NCBI GenBank assembly: GCA_963703285.1 | Contig: OY969807.1 | Coordinates: 576,001-640,000, forward strand | DNA: 64,000 bases | DNA from: an uncultured Nitrososphaerota archaeon | GTDB lineage: Archaea; Thermoproteota; Nitrososphaeria; Nitrososphaerales; Gagatemarchaeaceae | Direction: 5' to 3' | Shown: piece by piece, positions 54,410-64,000 of the stretch | Numbering within the stretch: position 1 is the stretch's first letter | Layout: each line of letters opens with the position of its first letter | Program-made: the position numbers and the translations under genes | Notes under the pieces: generated by a model | Seen by the model: only the letters and a program-made list of their open reading frames with translations | Told to the model about the DNA's origin: nothing | Databases searched by the model: none

Positions 54410-55690
54410 CCATCGGGTGGCGCCCGCCAACTAACTTGCTGGCATCGACTCTGAGGATTACCGTCCTCGTCGGATTCCCCTTCACAGCTTCACCTGCCAG
54501 CCCTTTCTCCCTCGCCTCAAAACCAGCTTGTTGCGAGCGACTCTTCGGCTCGGGACGGGATCTCGCGAACCTTGCAAGCCCCCTCGTGGACAGGTTCAGG
54601 GAGGCGTTCACATCCCTGTCGATCCACATCCTACAGCTCTGACACCACAGCATCCTCTTGTGCTCGCCATCGTCCTTCGCAGGACTGCGGAGCCTCTCCC
54701 CGCACGCCGAGCACTCTGACGAGGAGCCGTAGGTGTCAGATTTCGTAAGCGGTATCACCGTTACTCCCTTCCACCTGGCCTTGTATCCTATCATCCGCTT
54801 CGCCTTCCAGTGAGTCCAAGAGTTGAGTCGGAACCGGTAATCTTCGCCCCGGCCGTTGCCTCTCCGATACATCTTCCGGATGCCAGTAAGATCTTCGAGG
54901 GCGAGAGCCGCCCCGTTCCTCGCAGCGATTGCAATCATGAAGTTGGTCGCCGCGTGGAGCATCTGGTCAGTCCTGCGGTTTGCCCTTGACCAGTACTTGC
55001 GAGAGAGTCTCCTTCTGACTCTCACATCATTTCTCCTGAACGAACGGATGATTTCCCTCGTCGTCTGCCTGACCTTCACTGCCTTCTCAATGTCGATCCG
55101 AATCACGCCATCCGCATCTCCGAATGTGATGTTCTTCTCGTTCCTGTCCACTCCGTACACGGTCATGACCGGAGCTGGTTCGATCTCCTCCGAGTAGCAG
55201 AACGACAGGCGATCCGGGGTTATTGTCAGGCTCCTTACCTTCTTCCCTTCAAGTGTCTTCAGAACGTGGTGATTGAGCTGTACGTCGACATAGTGGTCAC
55301 GTCTCAGAGGGATGAACAGCCGGCCCTTCATCGTGATGAAGAATGCGGAGATCAGGCATACAACCGGTCTGAGCGGCTTGGAATGATGCGTCTCGACTCC
55401 CCTCCTCTCAGACCTCTTCCTGCTCGCGACGACCTGACACGCCCGGCCTATCGCGGCAACCTTGTAGCACGATGGAAGTTTCTCATCCTTGAGCGACCGA
55501 TAGAAACCCTTCATCCCTCTGCGATTCTCGATACCGTGCTCCTCAGCGTACCGGATCCCATTGTACGTCAGAGTGAGGCATTGACTGAGGAGCTCCCCGA
55601 CTCCGGCGCCGTTGAAGGTCTGTGTGACGCACTTCGTCGCTTGCAACGACCCAGTATCTGATTCTCCAATATAACCACCACCCGAGGATT
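54371..55690 (-). mobile_element. IS200/IS605-family TnpB-only (IS1341-type) element
   Basis: Solo tnpB; right end inferred at ...TTGACAGAACC; left boundary approximate (near TTAA at 55689). Confidence 0.7.
54378..55646 (-). CDS. tnpB: TnpB RNA-guided endonuclease
   Basis: RuvC GVDRN, ALEDL, DRDVNAS; zinc finger CSAC/CQSC. Confidence 0.9.
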   Translation of the reverse strand: MQATKCVTQTFNGAGVGELLSQCLTLTYNGIRYAEEHGIENRRGMKGFYRSLKDEKLPSCYKVAAIGRACQVVASRKRSERRGVETHHSKPLRPVVCLISAFFITMKGRLFIPLRRDHYVDVQLNHHVLKTLEGKKVRSLTITPDRLSFCYSEEIEPAPVMTVYGVDRNEKNITFGDADGVIRIDIEKAVKVRQTTREIIRSFRRNDVRVRRRLSRKYWSRANRRTDQMLHAATNFMIAIAARNGAALALEDLTGIRKMYRRGNGRGEDYRFRLNSWTHWKAKRMIGYKARWKGVTVIPLTKSDTYGSSSECSACGERLRSPAKDDGEHKRMLWCQSCRMWIDRDVNASLNLSTRGLARFARSRPEPKSRSQQAGFEAREKGLAGEAVKGNPTRTVILRVDASKLVGGRHPMANAFGHHPQS

Positions 55691-55777
55691 AACAGCCCGT
55701 ACCATCCCCCAGCAAGTTTACAGAGTCAGGTGCTGTAAAGTTCATAAAGGTCTGCCTGGGACAACGCACCGATAGTC

Positions 55778-56164
55778 ATGGTGGCAGAAAAGACGCTCAG
55801 ATTCCAGGGCAAGAACAAGGACCTGGACCAGCTTTCCCAGCAGATAGAGCAGCAGCTGCAAGGGGATGGTTACAAGACGCAATCGAAGAAGCTGCCCGTC
55901 GGAAACGTGATCCAGGCGACGAAGGCCGGAATCGCCCGCGACCTCATCGCGGCGGACAGATCCTTCACTATAATGGTCTCCGGACAGCCCAGCGACTTCA
56001 CCATTCACATAGGAATAGGGAAGTGGGTCCAGAACCTCGCAGTGACCGCGGCCGAAGTAATACTCCTGAGCGAACTATTCCTCGCGTTGGACGTCCCGGA
56101 GATGCTTTGGACGACCCACGTCGAGAACGGCGTAGCCAAGGAGATCACCCAGATAGTCGGCTAG
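55778..56164 (+). CDS. Hypothetical protein
   Basis: 128-aa ATG ORF with genome-typical codon usage and TATA-like box upstream. Confidence 0.75.
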   Translation: MVAEKTLRFQGKNKDLDQLSQQIEQQLQGDGYKTQSKKLPVGNVIQATKAGIARDLIAADRSFTIMVSGQPSDFTIHIGIGKWVQNLAVTAAEVILLSELFLALDVPEMLWTTHVENGVAKEITQIVG

Positions 56165-56239
56165 CCCCCGTCGCAATTGCGGCCCGCGGAGAGAGGGGCT
56201 TAAAGGGGTCATCAGCTTGGCTGTCGGAGAATCTAAACG

Positions 56240-56548
56240 ATGACGACCGTCCTCGCTCCCGACGGGTCCATCACCTTCATCACGGCCCTGATTGTCCCGC
56301 TCGTCATCGGGTTCCTGGTAGGGGTCATAGCCAAGGCCGCGGTCAGGATAGGGGTGGCGATAGCGGTGATCATCATAATCCTGATCGTGCTGGGCTTCTT
56401 GACGCCTGGCCAGGTCATTCAGCCGCTCGTCCAGCTGGTGCGGAGCGGGCCGACGCTGGCGACGAAGGTCGACCAGATTGCGGGCTACCTCCCGTACGCG
56501 TCGATAACCTTCATCGTCGGGTTCGTGGTCGGGTTCTTCAAAGGCTGA
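56240..56548 (+). CDS. Small 3-TM membrane protein (FUN14-like)
   Basis: GFLVGVIAKAA...GFVVGFFKG pattern. Confidence 0.7.
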   Translation: MTTVLAPDGSITFITALIVPLVIGFLVGVIAKAAVRIGVAIAVIIIILIVLGFLTPGQVIQPLVQLVRSGPTLATKVDQIAGYLPYASITFIVGFVVGFFKG

Positions 56549-56606
56549 GCTGTCAGGGTCCGTGCCTAGCAAGCCTTAAGTATACAAGATAATGAGATGT
56601 ATACTG

Positions 56607-56921
56607 ATGACGGAAGTCCTCTCAGTGAAGGTGGATAGGGAGAAGCTCCAGGAGCTTGAAGAAATAGCCCGCGAGGAGCAGAGCGATCGGTCCAGTACAG
56701 CCAGAAGGCTTCTTGAAATGGGGATGAAGGAATGGAAGGTCAACAAGGGGGTCGAGTTATTCAGACGAGACAAACTGTCCCTCTGGAGGGCAGCCACGAC
56801 CGCGGGTGTTTCATTGAGGGAATTCACCGAGATTCTTGACGAAAGGAAAGTCTCATGGGTGGGGGTCAGCGTGCGAGACCTGGAAGCTGAAACCAAGGCG
56901 ATCAAGAAAGAGATACGTTGA
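56607..56921 (+). CDS. UPF0175-family antitoxin with N-terminal RHH
   Basis: DRSSTARRLL; KLSLWRAATTAGVSLREF. Confidence 0.85.
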   Translation: MTEVLSVKVDREKLQELEEIAREEQSDRSSTARRLLEMGMKEWKVNKGVELFRRDKLSLWRAATTAGVSLREFTEILDERKVSWVGVSVRDLEAETKAIKKEIR

Positions 56922-57442
56922 GTGTCAAGTTCGTCTTCGACGCAACCCCACTCATTCATCTCACCAAGGCCGGACTCAGACCGCTGATTGTCGAGCTCGA
57001 AGGAGAGAAATACACCGTCCCGGCTGTATTTGAGGAAGTCGTCACCAAGGGAAAAGAGAGAGACTATCCTGACGCAGTCGGCACGTCTTCCCTGGTCGAC
57101 GAAGGCGTACTCGAGGTCAAGATTCCCAAAAGCAAAACAGCTGATGCGATGGCCCGGCTCCACAAGGACGTCCATCCTGGCGAAGCAGAGGTTATTGCGC
57201 TGGCCAAGGAAATGGAAGCAATCGCAGTTATCGACGACCGAGTGGCTAGGGCCATCGCGAAGATCGAAGGGGTCCGCGTCGAAGGCTCCTATGGCGTCAT
57301 AATCAGAGCAGCTGCGAACGGCTCGATTTCAAGAGAAGATGGTGAGGACGCGCTGGGAGAGCTCATAGCATCCGGGTGGAGATGTGACGCTGAGTTGTAT
57401 GCAGCCTTGCTCAAGTCGTTGCTAGAGGTCACTAAACGGTAG
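56918..57442 (+). CDS. DUF3368-family PIN toxin
   Basis: VFDATPLIHL, HPGEAEVI, IDDRVAR, GSYGV. Confidence 0.85.
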   Translation: MSVKFVFDATPLIHLTKAGLRPLIVELEGEKYTVPAVFEEVVTKGKERDYPDAVGTSSLVDEGVLEVKIPKSKTADAMARLHKDVHPGEAEVIALAKEMEAIAVIDDRVARAIAKIEGVRVEGSYGVIIRAAANGSISREDGEDALGELIASGWRCDAELYAALLKSLLEVTKR

Positions 57443-57480
57443 GGCGCTACCTAGCGCGTCGCGAATGTGCGGTGGAAATT

Positions 57481-57747
57481 CTACGGCAGCAGCCACTCCT
57501 TCGGCGGCCCCTGACCTCCGGCGCAGTCCACCTGACCCGAGACCCTGCGGATGAACGAGGGGCATGCGAAGCAGACGAGGAAGTTGACCTCCCCCTTGAC
57601 TATGGGGCAGTCGACCGCCTCCTTCTTCATTTTGGATATCATCTTCGGGCTCGCGCCTCCCTTGAGCTCCCCGCTCACCACCTTCGGGACCTTGTGGGGA
57701 TTCGGCGACTGGTAAATCTTCACAACGTATTTGGTCTCGGTTGACAA
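57481..57747 (-). CDS. Small Cys-containing hypothetical protein
   Basis: DCP...CFACP...VDCAG potential metal-binding Cys. Confidence 0.7.
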   Translation of the reverse strand: MSTETKYVVKIYQSPNPHKVPKVVSGELKGGASPKMISKMKKEAVDCPIVKGEVNFLVCFACPSFIRRVSGQVDCAGGQGPPKEWLLP

Positions 57748-57872
57748 GCTGTCGAGCGCCCTCAGGGGAGGGATAAAAACTTGGGGATGGTCCTAGGGAC
57801 GTTAGAGCGCGGGCTGGTCCAAGGCCGACGCAGAATCACTAATAAGTTCCCCAAGGCCTCGGTCCGTCTGAT

Positions 57873-58175
57873 ATGCCAAGAGACCTGCGGGACGTCGTGA
57901 ACAAGATCATTGTCGCAGTCAGCGAGGACGACGCGACGACGACGGAGATCGCAGCCCTCTCCTCCGACCTAGCGACCTTCTTCGACGCCTCCGTCGTCCT
58001 CGTCTACCTCGCCAAGACGCCGCTCGTCGTCCCTCCCACCGAGGGCGCGGCCGGTCAGACCACCTTCGCCATCGCGGCAAACGTGGTCGAGGAGGTCGGG
58101 AGGAAGACGCTCGAGAGGATGGCCGAGACGATGGCCTCGAACGGGGTACCCGTCACTACTCGCCTGATCATGGGG
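57873..58175 (+). pseudogene. Universal stress protein N-terminal part, interrupted by an IS607 derivative
   Basis: KIIVAV...LVY...GVPVTTRLIMG; C-terminal GxxG/GS motifs missing at the junction. Confidence 0.7.
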
Positions 58176-58262
58176 CTGGCAACAACAGTCGTCTTTGATA
58201 CCAGTTGGTATCAAACCGTACAGTTGAACATTGGTCGTTAAATAGCCGCAGACGGTACGATT

Positions 58263-58387
58263 ATGTTGAAGCTAGCCGGCTGGGCCAGGACAAGATCGAT
58301 GTCCTCACTTCGTTCTGCACCCGGCTGTACGGGAAGCAGTCAGCGAAGAACAAGGCGAAGAGGACACCGGAGGCGACCGAACGGTGA
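58263..58387 (+). pseudogene. IS607 serine recombinase (TnpA) remnant
   Basis: N-terminal MLKLAGWAR joined out of frame to C-terminal DVLTSFCTRLYGKQSAKNKAKR. Confidence 0.75.
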
Positions 58388-59652
58388 CCCACCTCTGGAA
58401 GTCCCTCGGCCAGAAGCGGACCATCGCAGTCGAGTGCGACCCGGGCCCGCAGGTACTCGCGTATCTCTCTGACATGCGTGATGCCACGCGGATGGCGCTC
58501 GCCTACGCCCTAGTGGATGCCAGGCTCAACGGTGGGGAGATCCCTTCGCCGATAAGGCTGAGGAAGAAGGTCAGGCCCTGGTTTGTGGAGACGATGCCGT
58601 ACGCGCGCCACCACATCAACCCGGTCTGCAGCAAGGCGGTCGCTTTGCTGAGGGCCTACAGGAAGAGGCACAAGAGCCTGGCGCTTCCGTCCCTGGAGAA
58701 GCTCTCCATGCGAATAGACAGGGAGCTGTTCAAGATGACGGAGGAGCGCGACCAGATGGTGATTCGCATTACAATCCGACCCCGCGAGTATGAGTACATA
58801 CGATTCACACCAAACCACAAGAAGTGGCCGGATTATTCAAGGGGCAAGCTTGGCGAGATGACCCTGACGGACGAAAGGCTGCTCCTGACGTTCGTGGACG
58901 GCCTCTCCACGAAGCCTCTCGGAGACCAGCTCGTGGGAGTGGACCTGAACTTCGCCACCATAGACTGCACTCCCATAGACAAGGGGAGACTCGGACAACC
59001 GGTCACCATTCCGACGAGCGACGTCGAGCACATCCAGGACTCGTTCACCAGGCGTCGAAGGCGGCTCCAGCTCCACATCAGGAACCCGCAGAAGCGCGCC
59101 AAGAAGCTGGAGCAGACCAGAGGGAGGCAGAGGCTGCGCATCAGGGACTCGCTCCACAAGCTGACCACAGGCCTCGTGAGGAGATACCCCAACGCCACCT
59201 TCGTCTTCGAGGACCTCAGGCACATCAGGAACAAGTCTACCGAGGGGAGGAGGTTCAGGACGCGCCTGAACCGCTGGCCCTACAGGATGGCCCAGGCGAT
59301 GGTCGACTACAAGTCACCCAGCACGACGCTGTACGCGAATCCGAGAGGGACTTCTTCGAGATGTCCCGTATGCGGTGGAAGCATAGAGCACCCAACTCGG
59401 ATCCCGTCAGACATGCGCTGGAGGGTAAGCGCGTGTCCAACATGCGGCGCGGACTACGACAGGAACCGGCTGGCCTCGTTGGCCATAGCCTGTCGCGGTT
59501 CGCGCCTTTGCGGACGACCGTTCTCCGTGAGTGAGGATGCCTCTTGGAGCCTTGTGAGGGATGAATACCTGTGGCACGGGCCCGTGGCCGAGACGGCCGT
59601 GGCGGGTGGGACCGAGGAAGGCGCCAACGCCCCTAAAGAGGTAGTGTCCTAA
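58384..59652 (+). CDS. tnpB: TnpB-family protein with altered RuvC-III
   Basis: GVDLN, FEDL, CPVC/CPTC; DRNRLASLAI instead of DRDxNAAxNI. Confidence 0.85.
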   Translation: MTHLWKSLGQKRTIAVECDPGPQVLAYLSDMRDATRMALAYALVDARLNGGEIPSPIRLRKKVRPWFVETMPYARHHINPVCSKAVALLRAYRKRHKSLALPSLEKLSMRIDRELFKMTEERDQMVIRITIRPREYEYIRFTPNHKKWPDYSRGKLGEMTLTDERLLLTFVDGLSTKPLGDQLVGVDLNFATIDCTPIDKGRLGQPVTIPTSDVEHIQDSFTRRRRRLQLHIRNPQKRAKKLEQTRGRQRLRIRDSLHKLTTGLVRRYPNATFVFEDLRHIRNKSTEGRRFRTRLNRWPYRMAQAMVDYKSPSTTLYANPRGTSSRCPVCGGSIEHPTRIPSDMRWRVSACPTCGADYDRNRLASLAIACRGSRLCGRPFSVSEDASWSLVRDEYLWHGPVAETAVAGGTEEGANAPKEVVS

Positions 59653-59752
59653 ATGGGCTTTACTTCTAACAACGGCTATGCTGTCCTTCCGGACGAGGAA
59701 GCCCACTGGGCCGCCGGCAGAGTGCAACCGTCTCTCACTCTTCGCGCTGGGG

Positions 59753-60082
59753 TCAGCGTTTCGAGAGCTCGACTATCGAGTTCGAGATCTCGTCGCGGCT
59801 CTTGCCTTCGGTCTTGATGCCCAACTTCTTGGCCGTATCGATCAGCGGGTCGCCCGAGATCGCGACCTGCGGTCGCACCGTCGCCGCAGGCGGAGCCACC
59901 GTCCGTGCTGCCACGCCCGCCGCCGATGGCGTCTGGTTCAGGCCTGCGGAGGCGTTGTTGAACTCCTTCCTAGCAAGTCCGATCGACCTCGCCAGCTCCG
60001 GTATCTTCTTCGGGCCCCACATCAGGAAGACGATGGCCACGACCGCTATCACGACCCATTGAAGGGGGTCATCTAATGCCAT
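59753..60082 (-). CDS. tatA: Twin-arginine translocase TatA/E subunit
   Basis: TM followed by WGPKKIPELARSIG..EF. Confidence 0.9.
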   Translation of the reverse strand: MALDDPLQWVVIAVVAIVFLMWGPKKIPELARSIGLARKEFNNASAGLNQTPSAAGVAARTVAPPAATVRPQVAISGDPLIDTAKKLGIKTEGKSRDEISNSIVELSKR

Positions 60083-60354
60083 GGAATTTTACCTGGATGT
60101 CGGGCTTGGGACACTCTATTTACGCTATGAAGACGTTTCTCAACTCTGGGAATCAAACGACCCCGAGATTACTTCCGAAACCGCATTTCACGCAGTTCTG
60201 CGGTCGTTTGCGTGCTAATGCGTGCCGCTCGTCCGTCGACCCTCCGCGAGCTCCCCCGGAGTACCCTCTAAGACGCCTGCGGCGATGGGAGGTCTGGAAC
60301 GTCCCTCGAAGCTCTCGTTCCAGTTATTAAGACGACCGACGGGCACGGCTGTCC

Positions 60355-60882
60355 ATGACAGTTGTTGGCAAATCCATCCTCACCGAGCTCGTCCAGAAGT
60401 ACAAGGTCATCTCCCCCACGGCGCCAGAAGGGTTCGATGGCGACGGGTACGTCCTGACCGTGAGGGAGGATCGGACCCTGAACTACCTCGAGCACAGGAA
60501 CATGATTTCCAAGGAGGTCATCTTCACACCACCGAACTACGTCGCGCACCTGACGGCGAAGAGCCGATTCGGGCGCATGGGGCTCTCCTTCCTCAACTCC
60601 GTGAAGGTCCACAGCGGCTTCGTCGGTCGGCTGGCCCTCGAGCTCGTGAACCTCAACAACGAGAGGGCGCCCATCACCGTCAAGCACGGGGACCCGCTGA
60701 TCCACATAGAGTTCATCACGAGGGAAGGCGAACCCTCCCCCTACCGCGGCAACTACATGTTCCAATACATGACCGAGAAGGAGACCGAGGCCTACGTCAA
60801 GATACTCTCGACCCACTTCGGGACGCTCTTCACGCACGATGAGCTGGTCAAGATGAAATCCCGCAGGGTCCAGGAAGGCTGA
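60355..60882 (+). CDS. dCTP deaminase/dUTPase-family protein
   Basis: KSRFGRMGL, VHSGFVGRLALE, PYRGNY.Q motifs. Confidence 0.8.
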   Translation: MTVVGKSILTELVQKYKVISPTAPEGFDGDGYVLTVREDRTLNYLEHRNMISKEVIFTPPNYVAHLTAKSRFGRMGLSFLNSVKVHSGFVGRLALELVNLNNERAPITVKHGDPLIHIEFITREGEPSPYRGNYMFQYMTEKETEAYVKILSTHFGTLFTHDELVKMKSRRVQEG

Positions 60883-61043
60883 CCGGGGCGTTTCTTAGAC
60901 TTCGCACGGATAACTACAATGTAGCACCAAGAAAACGCTAAGCTTAAACCGGTGCCATACTGGCCATATGGCATGAACACTCAAACAGAAGACCCAATGG
61001 GCGGCGTCGGTCCATCAAACTGAGCGGCGGGTCCGCTAGAGCC

Positions 61044-62228
61044 TTAGGATACGTTTCTTTGGTATCCTTTGGCCTTCTGGAGCAGGTTCTCGAACCTGCT
61101 CACCAACATTTCTTCATTGAACTGCCAGGCCTGCCTGGCCTCGTCGAAGAGCTCGGGGATGATCGTGAACGAGAGGGCATGACGCTGGTCGATGATGAAG
61201 TAGCGGGCGTTCGTCTTCGTCTCCGACATGACGCCTGCAAGGTATTGTAAGCCCTCGGTGATCGACTCCACCGGGAACGCGAGCTCGGCCTCGTACTTGT
61301 CTCCGACTGACTCGGACCAGAGGAAGGGAAGCTGGTTGAGCCTGGACATGACCTCGATCCTCTTGGCCTGGTCTAGGTCGGAGAAGAGCACGGCCACGTA
61401 GATGTAGGTGTGCTTCTTGTTGAGCGCCCTGTCCGCCTTGTAATCGTACTTGGACCCCATCCAGCGGATGGTGTAGCCCTTGGTCAGCCTTCTCTCCTCG
61501 ATGTGCTTCCTGAAGTGCCACGTCAGCGTCTTGTAGTTGATGTTCAGCTTCTCGGCCATCTCCGCCAGGCTCCTGTTCCCATCCATCTGGAGCTGCTTGA
61601 GTATGAGGAGATCGGTCGTGTCGAACCTCTCCCTGGAGGACGGAAGGTACGAGGCGGCCTTCCTGTCGACCTTCGTCTCCGTAGGCCAGTCGAAGTCCCA
61701 GCGTCCCTCGTCGAAGTCGTACATCTCCGTCTTCATCGGAGGGTTCCGGAACCAGAGGAAGGTGTTGAACTCGAAGGACCTGAAGTATCCCTTCTCCTTG
61801 AGGCCCGCGAAGAACTCGCGGTAGGTCTCGACCAACTCGTCGGGAACCGAAGCGTGCACCAGGAACTTTCCGTCGGGGAGGACCTTCTCGAACCCGACGA
61901 TGTAGCCCTCGGCGCTGAGTATTGTGAGCATCATCTCCGCGACATCCCTGTACCCGTCCGCGAAGTCCATGACCATGACCACCCTGCGAAGCCCCAGCTT
62001 CTCGTGGTCGATAGCGACGAAGACCGCGAACCCCTTGTTAAGCAGCTTCTCCTTGTATCGGTAGCGGACGCTCTCCTTGAACTGTCCTAGGCGCCTCGCT
62101 ATCTCGGATATGTTCGGCCCGATCTCCGTTATCATCCCTGCGAGCTGTCCGGTCTTGAAGTTAGAAGTCCCCTGCTCCCCCTCGTCCACTGTCCTTTCTA
62201 GTGGCATGCCTGTCCTCGGCGCGCCCAC
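61044..62228 (-). CDS. Lrp/AsnC-type double-HTH transcriptional regulator
   Basis: NISEIARRLG...VRYR and DLLILKQLQMDG.RSLAEMAEKL HTH motifs. Confidence 0.75.
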   Translation of the reverse strand: MGAPRTGMPLERTVDEGEQGTSNFKTGQLAGMITEIGPNISEIARRLGQFKESVRYRYKEKLLNKGFAVFVAIDHEKLGLRRVVMVMDFADGYRDVAEMMLTILSAEGYIVGFEKVLPDGKFLVHASVPDELVETYREFFAGLKEKGYFRSFEFNTFLWFRNPPMKTEMYDFDEGRWDFDWPTETKVDRKAASYLPSSRERFDTTDLLILKQLQMDGNRSLAEMAEKLNINYKTLTWHFRKHIEERRLTKGYTIRWMGSKYDYKADRALNKKHTYIYVAVLFSDLDQAKRIEVMSRLNQLPFLWSESVGDKYEAELAFPVESITEGLQYLAGVMSETKTNARYFIIDQRHALSFTIIPELFDEARQAWQFNEEMLVSRFENLLQKAKGYQRNVS

Positions 62229-62309
62229 ATGGTAGGATACTTATAAGTTCTGGTATGAATTCTGTGTATCTTCTAACTGCCTTTAGAGATTCCTTGGCCC
62301 AGCGCTACG

Positions 62310-63248
62310 TCAGATACCCAGGGCAGACCTGAGCCCCTTGTACCTGTTCCTGATGGTGACCTCTGTCACGCCCGCCGCCTCCGCGACGTCCCTCTGGGTC
62401 TTGTCCTCCCCTTCGAGCGTGCAGGAGACGTAGAGCGCCGCAGCTGCGAGCCCCATGGGGTCCTTTCCTGCCGAGATCCTCGCCTCCTCGGCCCTCTTCA
62501 GTATCTCGAGGGCGCGTCTCTTTGTCTTCTCCGACAGCCCGGCCCTCGAAGCTATGCGGGATACGCACTTCGTCGGGTCGACCACTGGCATCTTGATGTC
62601 CATCTCCTTCAGGAGAAGCCTATAGCACCTAGCGATGTCCTTCTTCTTGACGTTCGAGACGACCGCCAGATCCTTGAGCGTCCTGGGGGTCTCCCTGTCC
62701 CGGCACGCCGCATAGAGCGACGCCGCTATGATCGCCGATATCGAGCGACCCCGCACCAGCCCCCTCTCCAGGGCCTTCCTGTAGATGTAGGCCGCCTTCT
62801 CGACGACGGCATCCGAGACAGCAAGCTTGTCAGAGAGCCTGTCGAGCTCGCTGAACGCCTGCCTCAGGTTCCTGTCCATCGGCTCGTGCACCTGGCTCCT
62901 GCTGTCCCAGGTCCTCAGCCTCTCGACCGTTGCCTTCATCGACGCCGAGAGCGACTTGCCCGAAGCATCCTTGTTGATCCCCCCTATGACCGTCGCGAGG
63001 CCCATGTCGTGCATGGCAATCGAGGTGGGCGTGCCTCCCCTGGACCTGTCGTCCTTCTCCTCCTTGGAGAAGGCCCTCCACTCGGGACCTGTCTCGACGA
63101 TCTTCTCCTTCACGACGAAGCCGCAGTTGCTGCAGACCAGCTCGCCGCCGTTCGTGTCAACTACCATGGGTCCCTTTCCGCATCGCGGGCACCTGTCGAG
63201 CGCCCGTTGGAGTTTCATTACCCTCGAGAAGTCGCGGTCGTAGGACAT
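62310..63248 (-). CDS. tfb: Transcription initiation factor IIB
   Basis: CPRC..CSNC zinc ribbon, GPEWRAF, GRS, GKDPMGLAAAALY, VTEVTIRNRY. Confidence 0.95.
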   Translation of the reverse strand: MSYDRDFSRVMKLQRALDRCPRCGKGPMVVDTNGGELVCSNCGFVVKEKIVETGPEWRAFSKEEKDDRSRGGTPTSIAMHDMGLATVIGGINKDASGKSLSASMKATVERLRTWDSRSQVHEPMDRNLRQAFSELDRLSDKLAVSDAVVEKAAYIYRKALERGLVRGRSISAIIAASLYAACRDRETPRTLKDLAVVSNVKKKDIARCYRLLLKEMDIKMPVVDPTKCVSRIASRAGLSEKTKRRALEILKRAEEARISAGKDPMGLAAAALYVSCTLEGEDKTQRDVAEAAGVTEVTIRNRYKGLRSALGI

Positions 63249-63529
63249 CGCAATGGCACCGAAAAGGTTTAATCGTTCGACGCGTCCTCGCCAAGATATA
63301 TTTAACGTTTGTCCAGATTGTCTGGAGCATCGGAAGGAGCGGAACAACATGCAAGACGTACAGCAATCCTAAAGCCGCATTGCAGGTCTTAGATTTCCTT
63401 GCGCGGATTCAAACCCGCGCCCTGTGATGCCACCGCGCCCAGGCGGGTCTCCTTCCTAGCGCCAGAAAATGAATCACCCCTCCATCAAGCTTTAATAGAA
63501 GTTGGGGTCGATGGCCGCCAGAGACGGCT

Positions 63530-64000
63530 ATGCAAGGCCTCGTGCTGTTGGAGGACGTCCTGCAATTCGTAGGGGCCTTCGTTGCGTTTTCCATCGCGAT
63601 AGTCTCCTACAAGGGGGTCAAAGAGACCAACAGCGCTTCCCTCCTGCGCCTGGCGGCCGCGTTCGTCTTCCTCGGGACGGGGTTCGTCCTCGAGGGCCTC
63701 TACGGCCTGAACTCGCTCTATCTGATCCCAGGATTCGAGGTTTCTCTGGCGACCCTCCTGATAGCGGGCCTCTTCCTCGAGACGGCGGGATACTTCTTCC
63801 TCGCGTTCTCCCACATGCTCGACGTCTTCCTGGACAAGAAGATGGGCGTGATGCTCGCCCTCGTGCCCCTCATGGCGATCAACCAGACGAGCCTGGTCGT
63901 GATACTCACGAGCCTCTCGTTCTACTTCATCCTTTACGGGGTGGTGGAGACTCTCTTCGCCTACTCCAAGAACAGGAATCCGAACACGCTGCTGATCGCC
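63530..64000 (+). CDS. Multi-pass membrane protein (3' truncated by window edge), related to 3098-3781
   Basis: Open frame MQGLVLLEDV...SYKGVKETNSASLLRLAAAFVFLGTGFVLE to the window end; not in the ORF track. Confidence 0.75.
   Translation, partial: MQGLVLLEDVLQFVGAFVAFSIAIVSYKGVKETNSASLLRLAAAFVFLGTGFVLEGLYGLNSLYLIPGFEVSLATLLIAGLFLETAGYFFLAFSHMLDVFLDKKMGVMLALVPLMAINQTSLVVILTSLSFYFILYGVVETLFAYSKNRNPNTLLIA

Larger units (their letters stand above)
58176..59675 (+). mobile_element. Non-autonomous IS607-family element (internally deleted tnpA plus tnpB)
   Basis: GG at both junctions (ATGGGG| and AACAACGG|); 10-bp perfect inverted repeat 58194-58215; tnpA remnant. Confidence 0.75.

Noticed and set aside
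59676-59750. C-terminal remainder of the interrupted universal stress protein
   Set aside because: The rejoined frame gives only a weak SGRGSPLGRR resemblance, so it cannot be supported

Overview
Archaeal genomic window of roughly 60% GC. TFB, aRF1-like, class III signal-peptide pilin and intron-type tRNA features fit a non-ammonia-oxidising Nitrososphaerota/TACK lineage (inference). Left to right it holds: (i) the end of a surface-glycan locus, a membrane/wHTH pair, a 3'-only tRNA-Arg remnant, an NHL/Ig surface protein and pseudogene debris; (ii) a ~10.5 kb block between 21-bp direct repeats with a GDGT-ring-synthase-like and two other radical SAM genes, MarR, dienelactone hydrolase, MFS and several unannotated microproteins; (iii) a MutS-family gene and an aRF1 paralog with GGW in place of GGQ; (iv) four unrelated toxin-antitoxin modules, each preceded by a tRNA-Leu-derived repeat at ~0.8 kb spacing, resembling a cassette array (the most unusual signal); (v) a ~28 kb type IV pilus locus with five class III signal-peptide proteins, giant adhesins, a PilB/TadA ATPase carrying two LAGLIDADG inteins, two T2SSF platform proteins, a paralogous small membrane-protein trio (one with an AT-hook) and a Walker-A-degenerate KaiC-like protein; (vi) two TnpB elements, one an IS607 derivative with an altered RuvC-III motif, plus another TA pair, tatA, a dCTP deaminase-family gene, a regulator and tfb. 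Three genes show single-base frameshifts that may be real or sequencing errors. All family calls come from motif recognition by eye; no searches were run.
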